A stretch of 64,000 bases of DNA from Azolla caroliniana (lineage: Eukaryota > Plantae > Polypodiophyta). The notes under the pieces are model-generated. The model saw only the letters and a program-made list of their open reading frames with translations. It did not search any database and was not told the origin of the DNA. The stretch's first letter is position 1; each line of letters opens with the position of its first letter. Shown here piece after piece: positions 49,328 through 63,193 of the stretch. The stretch lies in the NCBI GenBank assembly GCA_043228905.1, contig JBHGNT010000009.1, forward strand, positions 19,034,001-19,098,000, given 5' to 3'. The translations under genes were made by a program, and so were the position numbers.

Positions 49328-49763
49328 TTACATCTCAATAGTTGCTCACAAGTTAGTCATGAGACCTTCAATCTATTTTTAAATGACTAAAAGTTTTTAC
49401 GATAGAGATGTAAGTCTTTATAGTTTTTTTAAAAACGAGAGTTGTCATATGTAGATTTCATTTTATCTTCATTAACCCAATGATCAGCAGGCGATGTGGT
49501 GTGAGATTTAAATATTTAAGCCAATGTTTGTGAGTATCTTGACTCACTTTTTAACGAGGAAGTTTCATGTCAACATGTTTTGTCTTGACGGATTTCAATA
49601 TATATACTTCATTATCATTACATGTCCAAGCCTACGATAGGGCTAATATTGTTTCTTATGTAGTCCATAAACAAGAGTGCGAACTAAATAGAGACAGGGG
49701 AAATTTTATGTTTTGGGCATACATATATATTGTGTGTGCGCATATATGTAACTAGCTATTCTT

Positions 49764-50606
49764 TTGTAAATTAGCGTCATTCCCTTGCAAATAGAGCATA
49801 GTGTCATCCGCATACGTTGAGTCCAACACATCCTTGCACACATGTGGGACAACTAATCCCCTTATTCCTAAATCCGGTCTGTTTAAAAAGAAAGAGAATG
49901 CCGTTGAAATAAATAAATAAAGGTAGGGGGCCAACGGGCACACCCCTGCCTGACAGACCTGCATAATGGAATTGGTGGGCCCCGATGCCCTAACACCAAC
50001 ACCCTACTCAAGCTTCCTTTGTAAAGGGCCAACGCATCTGATCTCCATTTTGAGGGTAGTCCCAACCTCTCCATGACTTTGTCTAAAAAAGGCCTTTGTA
50101 CTCTGTCATATGTCTTCTCGAAGTCAAGCATGAGACATGCAATATGTTGATTGGTTTTCTTTGCCAAGGCAATCACCTCCCAAAAGGTCAACACATTATC
50201 AATTATACATCTATTTTCCATGAATCCTGTTTGTCCAACATTAATTAGTGCATGCAAGTGGGGTTTGACCCTCTTGGCCAGAATATTAGCAAAAATCTTA
50301 TAGATTGTGTTGAGCAAGGTGATTGATCTCCATTGTCCTAAACCCTAAACCCTCTCCGATGGTTGTTTCCACCAATGGCTTCCATTAGTGACCAGAGGTT
50401 GTAAATATGTATAACTGTGTTACAAGGTAGTTACCATGTTAAAAGAGTTGATGGGATACTTTTGTTGTAAATGAGGGGGTGGGGACTATGATCGATTTGG
50501 TGAGAAGACTAGAGTGAGTTTTGCTGAAATTTGTTGGTCTTTGATGTACTTTGTTTGCTAACTAATGTGAAGTAGTGTTTTTTTTTTGGGCGGGGGGGGG
50601 GGAGGG
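49764..50606. mobile_element. LINE insertion: minus-strand RT fragment (49764-50340) joined to a plus-strand segment, inside a 14-bp TSD
   Basis: LNTIYKI, QTGF, LDFEKTYDRV, RQGCPL, YADD; TSD AACTAGCTATTCTT at 49750-49763 and 50607-50620. Confidence 0.85.
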
Positions 50607-53600
50607 AACTAGCTATTCTTGTGAATGGTGCCTAACACCATTGCACATGTTGCAAACACACATTATGTAGGTTAGATTTAATGACATACTTGGTTGGAAA
50701 CAAGCATGTTATTCTCGTAAATGTTCAAACTTTGCACTTTACATTTTATGAAAGGACTTATCCTAGACTTTTCAATGAAACTCTATATAAGCATCTACAA
50801 GGTGGTACACAAATACCTAGATACGAATATACTCTTTTTGTTTTAGATCTATGAACTCGTATGACCTCTCCTTTATATAATTATGAAGGAATTCCATGGT
50901 ATTTGTCCAAACTTAATGGGTCGCACCTATTTTAAGGAGGTTGCGGTGAATCATATTGTAGAAGTATCACCCAAGTTCTTTATCACCTCATGTTAAGGAT
51001 TTACATAACATCAAATACAAAAACTCAACTATGACCACAAGCAATGGGACTCACATTTATGAGGTAGCCATGGGAAGCCATATCCTAATGTTTAAAACCT
51101 AGTTATAGAAAAATACAATGTTTTTGTCAACACTCTTGTTGAGGGCTTGACGTTGAAATTTAACTAAAGCCACTACAACCATAAATTTGCCAACTTAAAT
51201 AATGAAAGTGACCGCAAAAATATAAACTCCCTAAATGAACACAAGCTTACATAAGCCATAAATGGCCTTGAAAATATTCAAATATTATTGGCAAGAGTAA
51301 CACTATCTCAATGTTATCCTATCTAGACATGCTCTTAGAAAGACCCTTGAAGGTGGGAAGGGATGTGATGGATTTTACCTCTTGTTTTTTGTTTGTTTTT
51401 ACGAAGGCTTCTAAAGTATCACCCATATTTACATGCCATTCTTACAAGTAAGATTACTTCCATCTTCCAACTCTTTGTGCATTTACCTGTAGATACTAAT
51501 ATTGCATGTACACACATCAAACTCCTTGTCATGATAACATTATATCTCCCAATTCTACATATTTCCAAGGTACTCCCATATGCAATGTGCATATCCAACC
51601 ATGAAAAAATGGATGTTCTTCACTACTTTGTCAAGTTTGCTATGTGCATGCTCTTCACAATGTTTTGGACAAACTATCATGCTTTCTATGATTATACAAT
51701 TCTAAAGATCAAGAGCATAATCCATCGTCTTAAACATAAGTGCGGATATTTTGTTTAATGACACATACATTATCATTGAAAATTTTGATATTACGTCATC
51801 ATATTGTGTCATAATAGTTATGTGTTTTTCCATATCATAATAATTAAGGGAATTTTTCGTTATTCATATAGCTTTATCATTTATGATGTCCATTCATTAT
51901 CAACTTTCAAATAAATAGTTTCTGTTACACACCGATTAGTGTGTGTCCCACAAAAAACTATACAAAATTTTCACTTGTTAAAAACCATGCCGCATTAGAC
52001 AATTTGTACGAACAAGTTTCTTTTGTTTCCTTTTGAAATAAACAAAAACTCCAAGAAAAAAAGAGAAGTTTTACAACAAAACGCAATAATATTGCCCAAC
52101 AAATGGCACAACTAAAAATTCTTGTTCTTGGAAAATTGTCTTACATTCTTCATGTAATGATCTATCATTTTAGTCTAATAATTATAATTGACCAGAAACA
52201 TTAATAAAATCCAATAGTAGTGGATTGTTCAGAACACTTTTTGTTGCACATGTTTGTAGCCTAGATTGTCGATCTTGTAGAATTATGGATTGATATTATA
52301 CAAATTGACATTTCCCTTTGTCATGGTCACAATCATGCACTCTATTCATTTTTATTGACCAACGGGATTCAACAATGTAGCTCCTCTTGCTACATATAAA
52401 AATGACATGATGAAGTATGCATTATTTTAGAATGATGGCAAAGTGGTCACTTGCATTAACCATAGTTGTTTTGTTAATAGCTTTAGAAAAGCAAGCCAAC
52501 AAACGTGTTACTATCTTCTACAATGTGACGTTCTATTTGTCACATTAGCTTCACTTATTTAACCACACAAATTTTTTATTACTCCCTTCCAAAATGTTAA
52601 CTAACATGTCAATATCTTACATAATGTGATGCTTCTTTGTCTCATTATCAATCATGCACTTAATAATGCTTGTTTTGGATTTTGTCGTAGTTTCCACATG
52701 GTTCAAGACATTTAAGTTCTAACCATGAACATGTTTGTTAACATAATGGATATAAGACCTACACAAATATGTATGTTGTACTATTTGCACAACATGTTGG
52801 GCAAGAGGTTGATTAGATGTATTAAAGTAATAAAAAGTTCCATGATGGTTGAATCATGCAATGATATGGTGTGATAAAAAATCTAGATCAAAACATGTAT
52901 GGGTAACAATCACATCTACACATGCAATATATGCATAATCAACTAATAAAAACATATTTCATCATAAATGGTATACAAATCTTCGCCTACAATGTAGCTT
53001 ACGTTCATTTCAGCATAAAAGATGCACATATTATTTGATGCACTTTTTGAACCTTGCCATAGGGGTTCCAACCAATCTCATTGTTGTTTTCTAAGTGTAT
53101 GAGGAGGGGATCACAAGCATGGATAGGGACAAAAATAAAAATTTAACATTAATGTCCATAATCATCGAGTGTTTTGGAATATATGCTGTCGCATCTTTTA
53201 AAAACATGTTATGTTAAGATAGTCATAAAAAACACTTAAACCTTGTGCATTGTTTATAGTTTTCCATTGACAATTATAAACTTTAGTGAACCCGTAGCAA
53301 AAGTTTGGAACGCTTAAAACCATAGGCAAATGCCACTTAATCTCAAATTGTGAGAATATGGATGTTCATGATTGGTTACGATAAATGTATAGTTTATCTC
53401 TCAATACAAAGTAAGCATGAATTGATTCCATCCAAAAGGGTATCTTATGTTGTATGCATTTGATTGTTGGTACATGGTGGTCCCTTGTGATCACTCGCAC
53501 GACATTAAGTAATAAAAATCTCTCAACGTTTACGAATCCGTTTTTTTTCTACTTCTTTGGAATACTCTCTTGTTGCATCTTTTGAAGGAAGTACTTGTAC

Positions 53601-54214
53601 AACCCTTTACTCTCTCTCTCCATAGGATTCTCTTTATTTAATTCTACATTGGGTTTGAAACTAGAAGGTAATTCCAATGTGGAACATGAGATAATCAAAG
53701 GAATACGAAATCAAGACATACATATATGTAAAAGAAGTGATTGTGATGTATTGGTCTGATTATGGACACACAATAGCACGTATGTGTGTACTCCAAATTT
53801 TCTCAATGAATTGACAAAGTTCATTTTAGGTAGGACTATATATCTAGAATACATCATTTTTGTAGGGATAGTATTGCCAAAGTTAGAATTTTGTGTCATA
53901 TAAATTATAATAGTCATATAAAGCTTGCTCTAAGTAAGATGACTTCCTCAATCTCTCACTCTAATAAACTTTGTTCCCATTCAAAAAGTACTTGTTTCCA
54001 GTATCTCTAATGAGAGCACTACAAATTGGCCCCGGCCCCCAATTATCTCTAACCATTTTGTACTGCAATACTACAAGTCTTTGTAGTTCATATTTGTTCC
54101 ACATTAAAAGTTCCTATAAGGGGTGAATATGTGTTTGCTTGGATCCATGCCTCCCTCCTCTTGGTACAACTTACGTGCATAACCATAACTTATCCCATGG
54201 TAGTTAAAACCACA

Positions 54215-54416
54215 ATTTTCTACACACGAAGATAAGAGTGGGTAGATTAATCGAGAATGTAATAAAGGGAGGATTGCTTTTAATCCTAGGGATTGGGACA
54301 ACCCTTAGAGGCCAAGTGTGAACTTGCTTGGAGGCCTAGCTATCGTGTGCGAGTACCTAGTATGACTCGAAGTAGTCCCAATAGTATGAAACACTGTTCA
54401 AGGCTTGGGTTCATCT
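54215..54416 (+). repeat. Dispersed repeat (probable LTR fragment), second copy at about 63395-63690
   Basis: Shared GGGATTG(G/A)GACAACCC...AGGCCAAGTGTGAACTTGCTTGG...GTATGACTCGA. Confidence 0.6.
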
Positions 54417-54987
54417 TAACAATCGGCAATGGTTCGGTTTGAGGGTGTCAAAACCAAATCGGTTTAAAACCGAACCATTTAAAAATTTTGAAACTTGAAC
54501 TGGAACTAAACCAAACAAAACCATGAAACCGTTAAACCAAAACCGTTTAAACTGAACTGTTTAAAAAAATCTAAATTGTTAAACCATGAAAATTGCGGTT
54601 CGGTTTTCATGTTAGGTCAATATTCAAATATTCAATTTTCACTTTTAAAATTTAAATTTTTTTCATTATTTCAAATTTTAGTTTTTAAAAATGGTAATGA
54701 TTTTTCCTAAAATGTGAGAATTTGGCTTTAAAATGAAAAGCTTGTGCAAAAAAATATTTTAAAAAATAATAAATTGGCAACCCTAAACCATTGAACCGTT
54801 TAAACCGCTTACACCACGGTTTCAAACCGTTTAGACCCAAACCAAACCAAACCATTTACCCCCAAACCAAACCGAAACCAAACCATTAAAAGAAACTTGA
54901 ACTGAACCGAACCGTTTAAACTATTAAGCCATTAAGCTGCGATTTGACGGTTCGGTTGGGTTTGAACCGAAACGTTGCCGATTGTTA
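54417..54987. mobile_element. hAT-type MITE
   Basis: About 23-bp TIR TAACAATCGGCAA..., 8-bp TSD GTTCATCT/GTCCATCT, many subterminal AAACCG/AACCGAA motifs. Confidence 0.88.
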
Positions 54988-57900
54988 GTCCATCTCATTA
55001 GAATAAATCTCTAACATCCCCCCCTCATCAAGGATGATAGTTGTTTTTGCCTTTCTTTGTGTGTATATATCATCCACTTTCTCACATTTTATAAACCATA
55101 CTAAATTTGTCTATACTCTCTATGAACTTTTCATTGTTTGCGTAAGAACATGGACACACGACACACAAAATCTATATATTTTTTGCACATTGTCTCGATC
55201 ATGAAATCTCATGGAAGAGCTTTTATACTTCTACTACATTTTCATTTCAAGTTTCTATCAAATTTCTCTTTTAAGATGATTTTGATCATTCTAAGTTTTC
55301 ATTCAATCTCTTTGGATGGAACATTAAAGCTCCAATGACTCTCTAGTAGAGTCACTTTATAGCTCCTTTTTTATCTCTCATGTGAGTTGGTCAACCTCTC
55401 ACTATAAATCCCTAGGAGACTTTTCCATCATTCTATTTAAAGATTCTAATATTATACACATCCAATACTTGCTCTTGGAGGATTTTTTCATTCACTCTTA
55501 AATATGTTTTGTATATTTTATTAACTCACTATGAGAATGTGAATTGTGAACTTTCGCACATCATGTGACATGACCCAACTAGATCTAGAATATTAGGCTA
55601 TCATGACACAAGTATTGGAACTCATGTGAAGCAATCCAATGTTAATGAGAACCCACAAAAACATGGGAAATAGTTAGAATATGTCAATTGTTCAAGCCCA
55701 TGTATAAGCCAATACCCAATCATAAAGTCACTTTTCCACACAACCCACTACATAGCTTGGAACCTCTCATGTACTTACTTTATTACTCTATATAACAATT
55801 GAAAGGCAAGGGGGATGTGCATGCATAGCCACAACTAACCAAATAGGGTTCTATTCATTTGTAAAATGATTGGTGTGGAGTCTTGTGTGAGAGAATCCTT
55901 ACATCCATGGGGAACAAAATGCAATCAAATTGATGGGGTTGAACCCTTGGTTACCATTGTAAGAATCAAACTTGGATTATGTCTCAATTTTATGACTTAA
56001 CTTTTCATGCAAAAAGTAGAGATCTCGAACTATTGTAGGTCAATTGGCATAAAATCATGCAACCAACCCTAACATTTTGTAATGGCATCTAAGTAAAATA
56101 GTGCACATAGTGAACAATGAGATTCTAAGGTGGATAGAGTAGTAAAAAATAAAGTCTTACCACAAAAGTATAGCCTTCATAACAAAAAAAGGGAAGTTAG
56201 GAAACAACATTAAGGCCATCTATAGTTCTATATACTATAAAGGATCAAGCAAGTCGTTGTAGAGGTGCATGAAAACCAAGTTCATCCCCAACTTTGCTTT
56301 GCAAGTGGCAACTAGAGTAGGTTGAGCAATTGTTGAAATGCAATTCGAATATGGTTTTTGGGGTGGACCGTGTAAAGAATTCGAAAAAAAGGTTCTTTGA
56401 CCAACCAAAAATCTGTAGATCAATATATCCTTATATGCTAGTTGAGTATTGTCAATATATTGTTGAAACACAATCCAAATACAAGTTTTGGGATGGATCT
56501 TGTAAAGAAATAAAAATTAAGGTCCTTCCATGACACAATCAATAGAATGTGTTTGTGAATGCTAAATCAGAGAGGACCTAAAATACCGTGTTTGTGAATC
56601 ATCAAGAAATGTGTTAGAAAAGAAACGATAGTATATAGCAACAATATGAAGGTATGCAACATGTAAAAAAGAGTCAATGTGTGGAGACCTACACTGAACA
56701 TTTTTGTGATGATTTTATTGATGAAGATCCTATTGAGTGAAAGTTACACAAATAGAGGTTTTGAACACCACACGTGTGCACACACCATTTGACGTTAGGA
56801 GTTAGTTTATGAACATCTATGAGTGTTGATGATGTTGTTATTGATGATGATCCCTCTTTGCGAATTTGCTTATTTATCCTTTCTTGGGATTCCTGTCTTC
56901 CCATGTGTTTTCTATCCTCTCTCTACGCTTCCTTTCCCGTTTTATTACTCTTCCCTTCGAAACAACTAACCTCTCAATACATAAAGTTCCATTTTCATAC
57001 AATTATTTTCATTCTCATTTATCTTCTAACTTGCCATTGTGTGTGTGTGTGTGTGTTGGCTTAGTGCTTTATATCGTAACATCAAAGTCAAACAATTCCC
57101 ACCTCATTGATTGCAATCGGTCTCCCATGGATGTTAAAAGACCCCCCTCGCCCGCCCTTCCCCTGATTGTTGTAATATATAGATCGTTTTGGACTTGTAG
57201 GGCCACACTAGCCACTCTAGAGAAATTAGACATTAATGTAGATACCACAAACAAGCCCGCCTATTGACACTTGCATATATACACTCAGTCACAAACCAAT
57301 CTAACAATACTGAACTTAGTTTATGTCTTGCTAAAATTACTCATAATTCGTGCTCTATCTCTCTCAAGAAAACATACCCACACAAGGATGGCACATGCAA
57401 TTCTCACCCCACCCCTTCTTTTATAACCTATTCACTTGTCAACTTTCCGGATTTTTTTCTTTTTTACTCATATGTTCTCACTAGAATTTGATGTATCTTT
57501 ATATTAAATACAATCTTTCTCCTCTCTAGTAAACGTTATTAATATTTTGAATAATGATTGGTTTATAGACATGTTTCATCTCTCTATAGACTTGAGAGTG
57601 GTCTCTAGATTCTATCTCACCCTTTGGCCATACCCGTACACCCCTATCCCTAGAAATTCTCTGCTCAGTTTTAAAGGATTGATTATTAGTTCTCCTTTCT
57701 ATACCCTACACTCTTGCTCCCTCTATTTAAATTTTTTGAATTGTTGTTCGGATTCCATCTTTGTCACTCTTCCTTCCACTCCAAGGGTCTTATTCTCTCT
57801 TTGTATGACCATTGACAAGTAACTATTGTCCTCTTAAGATAGCCTATCTCTTTCTAACTGTTCATTGTGGTTTATGTTGGGATATATTTATCTTCTTCTT

Positions 57901-58051
57901 CTCTAAACATTACTCGTGATCTATTGGTCATATTCAGTTGATTGATTTGTTATTGAGTTTCAACCACAAACTCATACCCACTTACTTTCTCTAATACTCT
58001 AGCATATGTTTGTACTCTACCTTTATGAGCTTCAAAATAGTGGTTATGATT

Positions 58052-58056
58052 TCTCT

Positions 58057-58124
<68 letters not shown>
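58052..58124. repeat. Compound (CT)n(CA)n microsatellite
   Basis: Direct reading. Confidence 0.95.
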
Positions 58125-58126
<2 letters not shown>

Positions 58127-59897
58127 AATAATGGCTTTCATTATGAAAGAAAAAACTAACAACAAATCTAGGGATCTAATTACTACTACAACTACAAACT
58201 CTCTCCCTTCCTCCCTCCCTCCCTCTGTCTCTATAATAAAAAAAGATGGCATTTACTCGTAATATCACTTTGTAATGTTCCCTACATATCATCTACAAAT
58301 GTTTCATATTTCTTTATCTACATAACACTCTTATTGTCCCAACAAAAATATTCTTTGGAAAATAACATTGAGAGTTACATGAGGAAGAAAGACTACAACA
58401 TTTTTATATCCTCATTGGTTTCATGCCCAATTTGGTTTACATTTTGCAAGGTCTTTCTTTATAATGTCCTCTCTCAATTTTAATTCAACATAGAACCTAT
58501 TATTTCATCTACTATCTTTGTATATGTAGCAATACCCTATATCACTAAATGTTGATTCACAAGTGCAAACTTTTTATGTCAATTCCTTCCACTTGGCTCA
58601 CCACTTACTATTGTTAACAAAAATTGAAATCCTAAAATATAAAATTTTGAAATATTACAATGTTGATATTGCTCCATTACATAATTAGTAAATGTACACT
58701 CTTACGCTATTGTTGGCAATAAATAAATATGTTATCTCACTCAATAATTGCAATAGTGGGAAACTTCTACAGATGAGATGACCACACTCGTTCCACTTTG
58801 TTGGCTTGTACGACAATATACACTATTCAATCATATAATAAAAGGAAAAAACTATCTTACAATTCTACATATGGTAGCGATATCAAATCACAAATAGTCC
58901 ACATGGTTAATCTTGCAATCCCCATACATGATCGTGGGTCTATTGAAGTACATATGGCTTGTTCTTTACACTTCGTTATAAGATGATAGAGAAAGAACGA
59001 GTAATTATTAGGACAAGGACAGTTTCTTGGTTATATATTTTACTAGGGCTGTTCCGTGAAGTGGAGAAATACAGGAGAGTTTTTACACAACCACCAATCT
59101 CCAATGACTCAGAGTGGTTTTTGCAAGTTGCATGGAGACGTATGGTGGAAAATTTGGAGAATGGTAAAAAGTGAAATGCTTCTCCACCCAATATATGGGG
59201 AACAAAGACCACATGTCCCCATGATGGATATCGGGATGCATCCAAACCAATATTGTAATGTTACAAAATTGTTTCTTTAATAATATATTGCTTGACTTAG
59301 GTTGATAAATCTACACTCCACCTCATTCTCCAAGAAATTGCAAATAAGCAACCCTATATTTTAACCCAAGGGTTAGGGGGGAAAGCAATATCTCCCCCTT
59401 ATGATCACATTCATAATCTACTATCATGGTTTTTTCGAACACATGACGTCATTTGCACATTTCGCTCTATGACTTCACAAACCTTCATCTAATAATGATA
59501 TATATATACATTTGAAACAAAACATCTCACATCACAAATCCTCCACTCAATTGATCCTTAAAGTAAAATATTATAATTTACACATGTTTCACATACTTGA
59601 GACATTATTTTACTTGCTTTGTCATATCATGCACCTCTTCTAAGTATCTTACAATTTTTAATGAGAGAACGTAAAATTAACTTGCATGAAGTTGACGTTG
59701 ATATCATGTGTCTCCTAACTAAACTTTGGATATTTAAGTGTGTCATTGACCCATGTCAGAATTGAAGTCATCAAAGATGCTACCATAACATTTTGATGTT
59801 ATGTGAGTGCAAAGAACATCTACATTTCATATGCTTGTTTAGAATCATTGGGCATTTCAGTTATTGATTTCATATATTGCATCAAAAGAAAATTTTA

Positions 59898-60704
59898 ATT
59901 AATTAATTAATTCCAAAAAAACTCGTTCCATTAGTTATAAAATTTTACAGATGAGAGTGTCATATACAAATCCCTGTAGGGATGCGGTAGTTCCATCTTA
60001 TGTGGATGCCCAATAACTCAAGAAAGGGAGAGGAGAACCATTGTTACATGAAGGCTAGTCGTTGTCTTTCAACTCCATCAGATCCGCCCATGAGGCCATC
60101 GTATTGGCTCTTTAGAGTGGCTACAACTTCACTCCATATCTCCATATCTTTATAGTGGGTTGGTTGGAGAAGACCTGTCTACACCATTGTTTCCATAGAA
60201 TCCAAAGAGATATTGGGCTGACCAATTCCAACACAACTTGAGCTTTGACATTAATAGAACTTGAGTGGATATTGTTGATGGTGGAAATAAAAATCTCTTG
60301 TGCTTTTATTACCAAAGTCATCCCCTCCTCATGATGTTCGTACTTATCAACTGGGGCCTACCATAATAACCAACATACATTTGCCCACTTGATTGTGCCT
60401 TGCACCTGGCATAATTGCAATAGGCGGTCAACCCCCGCCATTCAATGGGTCTCTGGGAAGTCCTACAGAGTGTGTTAGATTGATTTTGTTGCATTTGGGC
60501 ATGCTGCACAATTAGGAAAGCTAAGGTTCCCACGCTGCAACGCTCCAACCAGTAGTGACCTATGTATTAATAGCCATTGGAACGTGGAAATTCTCCTAGT
60601 GTGTTGTCGTTTCCAGATTTTCTGCCAAAACTTAGTGATAAATGTATGAGGAGCATGATATGTGTGCCATACCTTTGCATCAACTGGCTCTCGGGCGTTT
60701 TGAT
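59898..60704 (-). mobile_element. 5'-truncated LINE, same family as 48853-49327
   Basis: zf-RVT-like FWQKIWK...CAAC...H and ISLWILWKQW; (AATT)n tail; degenerate TSD TATTGC..CAAAAGAAAATTTTA at 59875-59897 and 60705-60728. Confidence 0.85.
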
Positions 60705-62465
60705 TATTGCGCCAAAAAGAAAATTTTATTGTTCAAAGGAAAAGCATAATGTTGTGATTATTCAAGACATACATGTCATTAAACGCATATGAATGACCTT
60801 AGTGTAAAACTAATAATGGTTATAAATACCTCAAATTTCTTAACAATTTGCTTAGGGTAAAACATTTCATGTCACCATCATCATTAAATTGGAACTATAC
60901 TCACCACACATGTATGCCTACCCAAGCTACCAATGTATTCTTTATAAATACAAAGGTTGAATTATATGCTACCCAAAAGACATTATAGGCTAATGCCCAA
61001 CGTGAAACTATAAAGTATATTAACTAAGAGGGGTTTCATTTGTCTTTGAAATTTGTTCTTGTAGATTCATTAACTTTCCTTGCTAATATTCTAACTTCCA
61101 ATTTATAAACATTATAGTATAGTTGTAATTTTCAACATGAAGAATGTGAATTCAAGTCTCAACCAATATATTTGGTGTCGTATCCTAATTTGAGTTCAAT
61201 GACTTTGATTTTGGGTGGATATTAGAGTATCACATCTTCATATTTCAAAATTATCTTCCAGGTGATGTAAAGTTGATCTTCATGATCATAAGGTTGTTGA
61301 TTGAAATCCTTGTTCACTATTTCACCCACCTTTCCACAGGAGGCACCCAAGCCATAAGAAGTGTTGAGTGAGCAAGCTCAATGGGGGCCGGATCGGTTGG
61401 ACAAGCCGAGAGCTGGATCGGTGAGCAGATCCGTGCGGAGCCGGTAGGCCGTTAGAGGTCTACGATCCTAGATTACTAGGAAGTTATATTCCTAAGAGTT
61501 AATGTCAGTAGCTCCGTTATGAGCATTGAAGTACTTGTTAGTACTTCTGACCGTCCTTTATGGACTTGTATAAAAGTGCTCACTGAGCACATTTGGATGT
61601 ATAGAGTGTTATTTTGAAATCGAGTTTCTGTGTTCTGCTCTGTCTCTGTCTCTCCCCCCCCCCCAAGTACTCTGCATTCAATGTGTTCTCCATTGATTCT
61701 CTGAGTTTTCTGTTGCTATCCGGTTGAATAAGTTGTGTCTATTTTAGCTTCTGCACGCTAATCTTCACATGGTATCAAAGCGCGAGGGTTGAGAAATCTC
61801 TACTGCCGACAAACCCTAGACCCTAGTAAGAACAGACAAGAAGAAGAAAATGGATAGAAGCATGACAAGATCACTTTCAACCGAAAAGCTTGACCGGAGC
61901 AACTACGTATCTTGGTCCTACGAGATGCACTAGTACCTCCTTGGGCACGGTTAGTGGAGCTATGTGGAAGAAGTAAACGAAGTAGCACCGGATTCTGCAC
62001 ACAAGGATTTTTTGGTGTGGGAGCAAGTAGCAAGCAGAGTCTTGTACTGCCTTGCATCTTGTGTGCACGACCAGATGCTCGACGACATTCGGGATGCGAA
62101 GATGCCGAAGGAGGCATGGGAAAATCTGAAGAAGATTTTTGCTGTAAGTACCACGACCCAGAAGTTGCAACTCCAAAACGAGCTCAACAATATTCGGCAG
62201 AGGGATATGACTATGACTGACTACACCACCAAAATCAAGGAGATCTGTGATGCCCTAGGGTCCATCAATGTGACAGTGGAGGAAGATGAGATGGTACAAA
62301 TCTGTCTCCGTGGTTTAGCACAAAGATACAAGCTGATTTAGACGGCTATTTGCACAAGGGAGAAACCACCATCATTCTTCGATTTGAAATCAACGCTCAT
62401 GGTCGAAGAAAAGCACGCAGGTGCATCGAAGAGCACGCAATTTGATAGCCAAATGCTGTACACGG

Positions 62466-63193
62466 TGTCGTAATGTATTTTGTACACTACGTGAAAAACG
62501 TATATAGTATTAGATTCAATAAAAAATGAAGAAATAGAAGAAAATAGCAAAATAAATGGAACATGCATAGGGCAAGATTCGAACCTTGCACCTCCATGTT
62601 AATAATGTAATGTCTTACCATTACACTAGCATTTCATTAGTGTTAAAGCATAGATGTCCCACATAGAAAGGTAAATTCACGCTAGGATAAACATTAGAAA
62701 AACGCATAACAAAAGAAAAAGCTACACATACACATCTAGCGTGCATGATAAAAAACGCACAAGTTAGAAAAAAGCATGATCACTTTAGATAAAGCATATA
62801 GTCTATCTATAGGAAAAGCATGGGGTCTATAGTTAGAGAAAAAGCATAGATTACTAAGACTTCCTCATCACTACATAAGGATGGGGAGCACAATGTAATT
62901 GTGTGTGAAAAATATTTGGAAACTGGATATGTTTCTAAAAAACACCAATTAATAAACTATACTCGTGGGATTCACGAGAATTCTATATCATTCTCTTTCA
63001 ACCCAAATTTATATTCTTATATTCATATTGATTAATCAAATACAATACACTCGTGGGATTCACGAGTTTGCTATAACTCTTTCTTACAACATATTTATAT
63101 TCTTATTAGCCTTAAAACTCTCCTCTTCCTAGTCCAAAACCTCGGCGGTTCCCACCCGACTCACGCAACGATCCGAAGCCGAAAGGCACGACA
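62466..63193 (+). mobile_element. Solo LTR of the element C family
   Basis: TGTCG...CGACA, 4-bp TSD ACGG (62462-62465, 63194-63197); removing it restores the copia gag frame. Confidence 0.92.
62565..62637 (-). ncRNA. tRNA-like Pol III cassette, antisense in the solo LTR
   Basis: Minus strand: TAGTGTAATGGTAAGAC-18 nt-AGGT-GCAAG-GTTCGAAT-CTTGC; D and T arms largely pair. Confidence 0.65.

Noticed and set aside
55017-56530. PPT-like CCCCCCTCA and possible decayed retroelement sequence
   Set aside because: Orientation conflicts with the adjacent LTR-like repeat and no clear protein motifs
57950-58252. 100-aa minus-strand ORF
   Set aside because: Made largely of microsatellite translation (VC/ER repeats)
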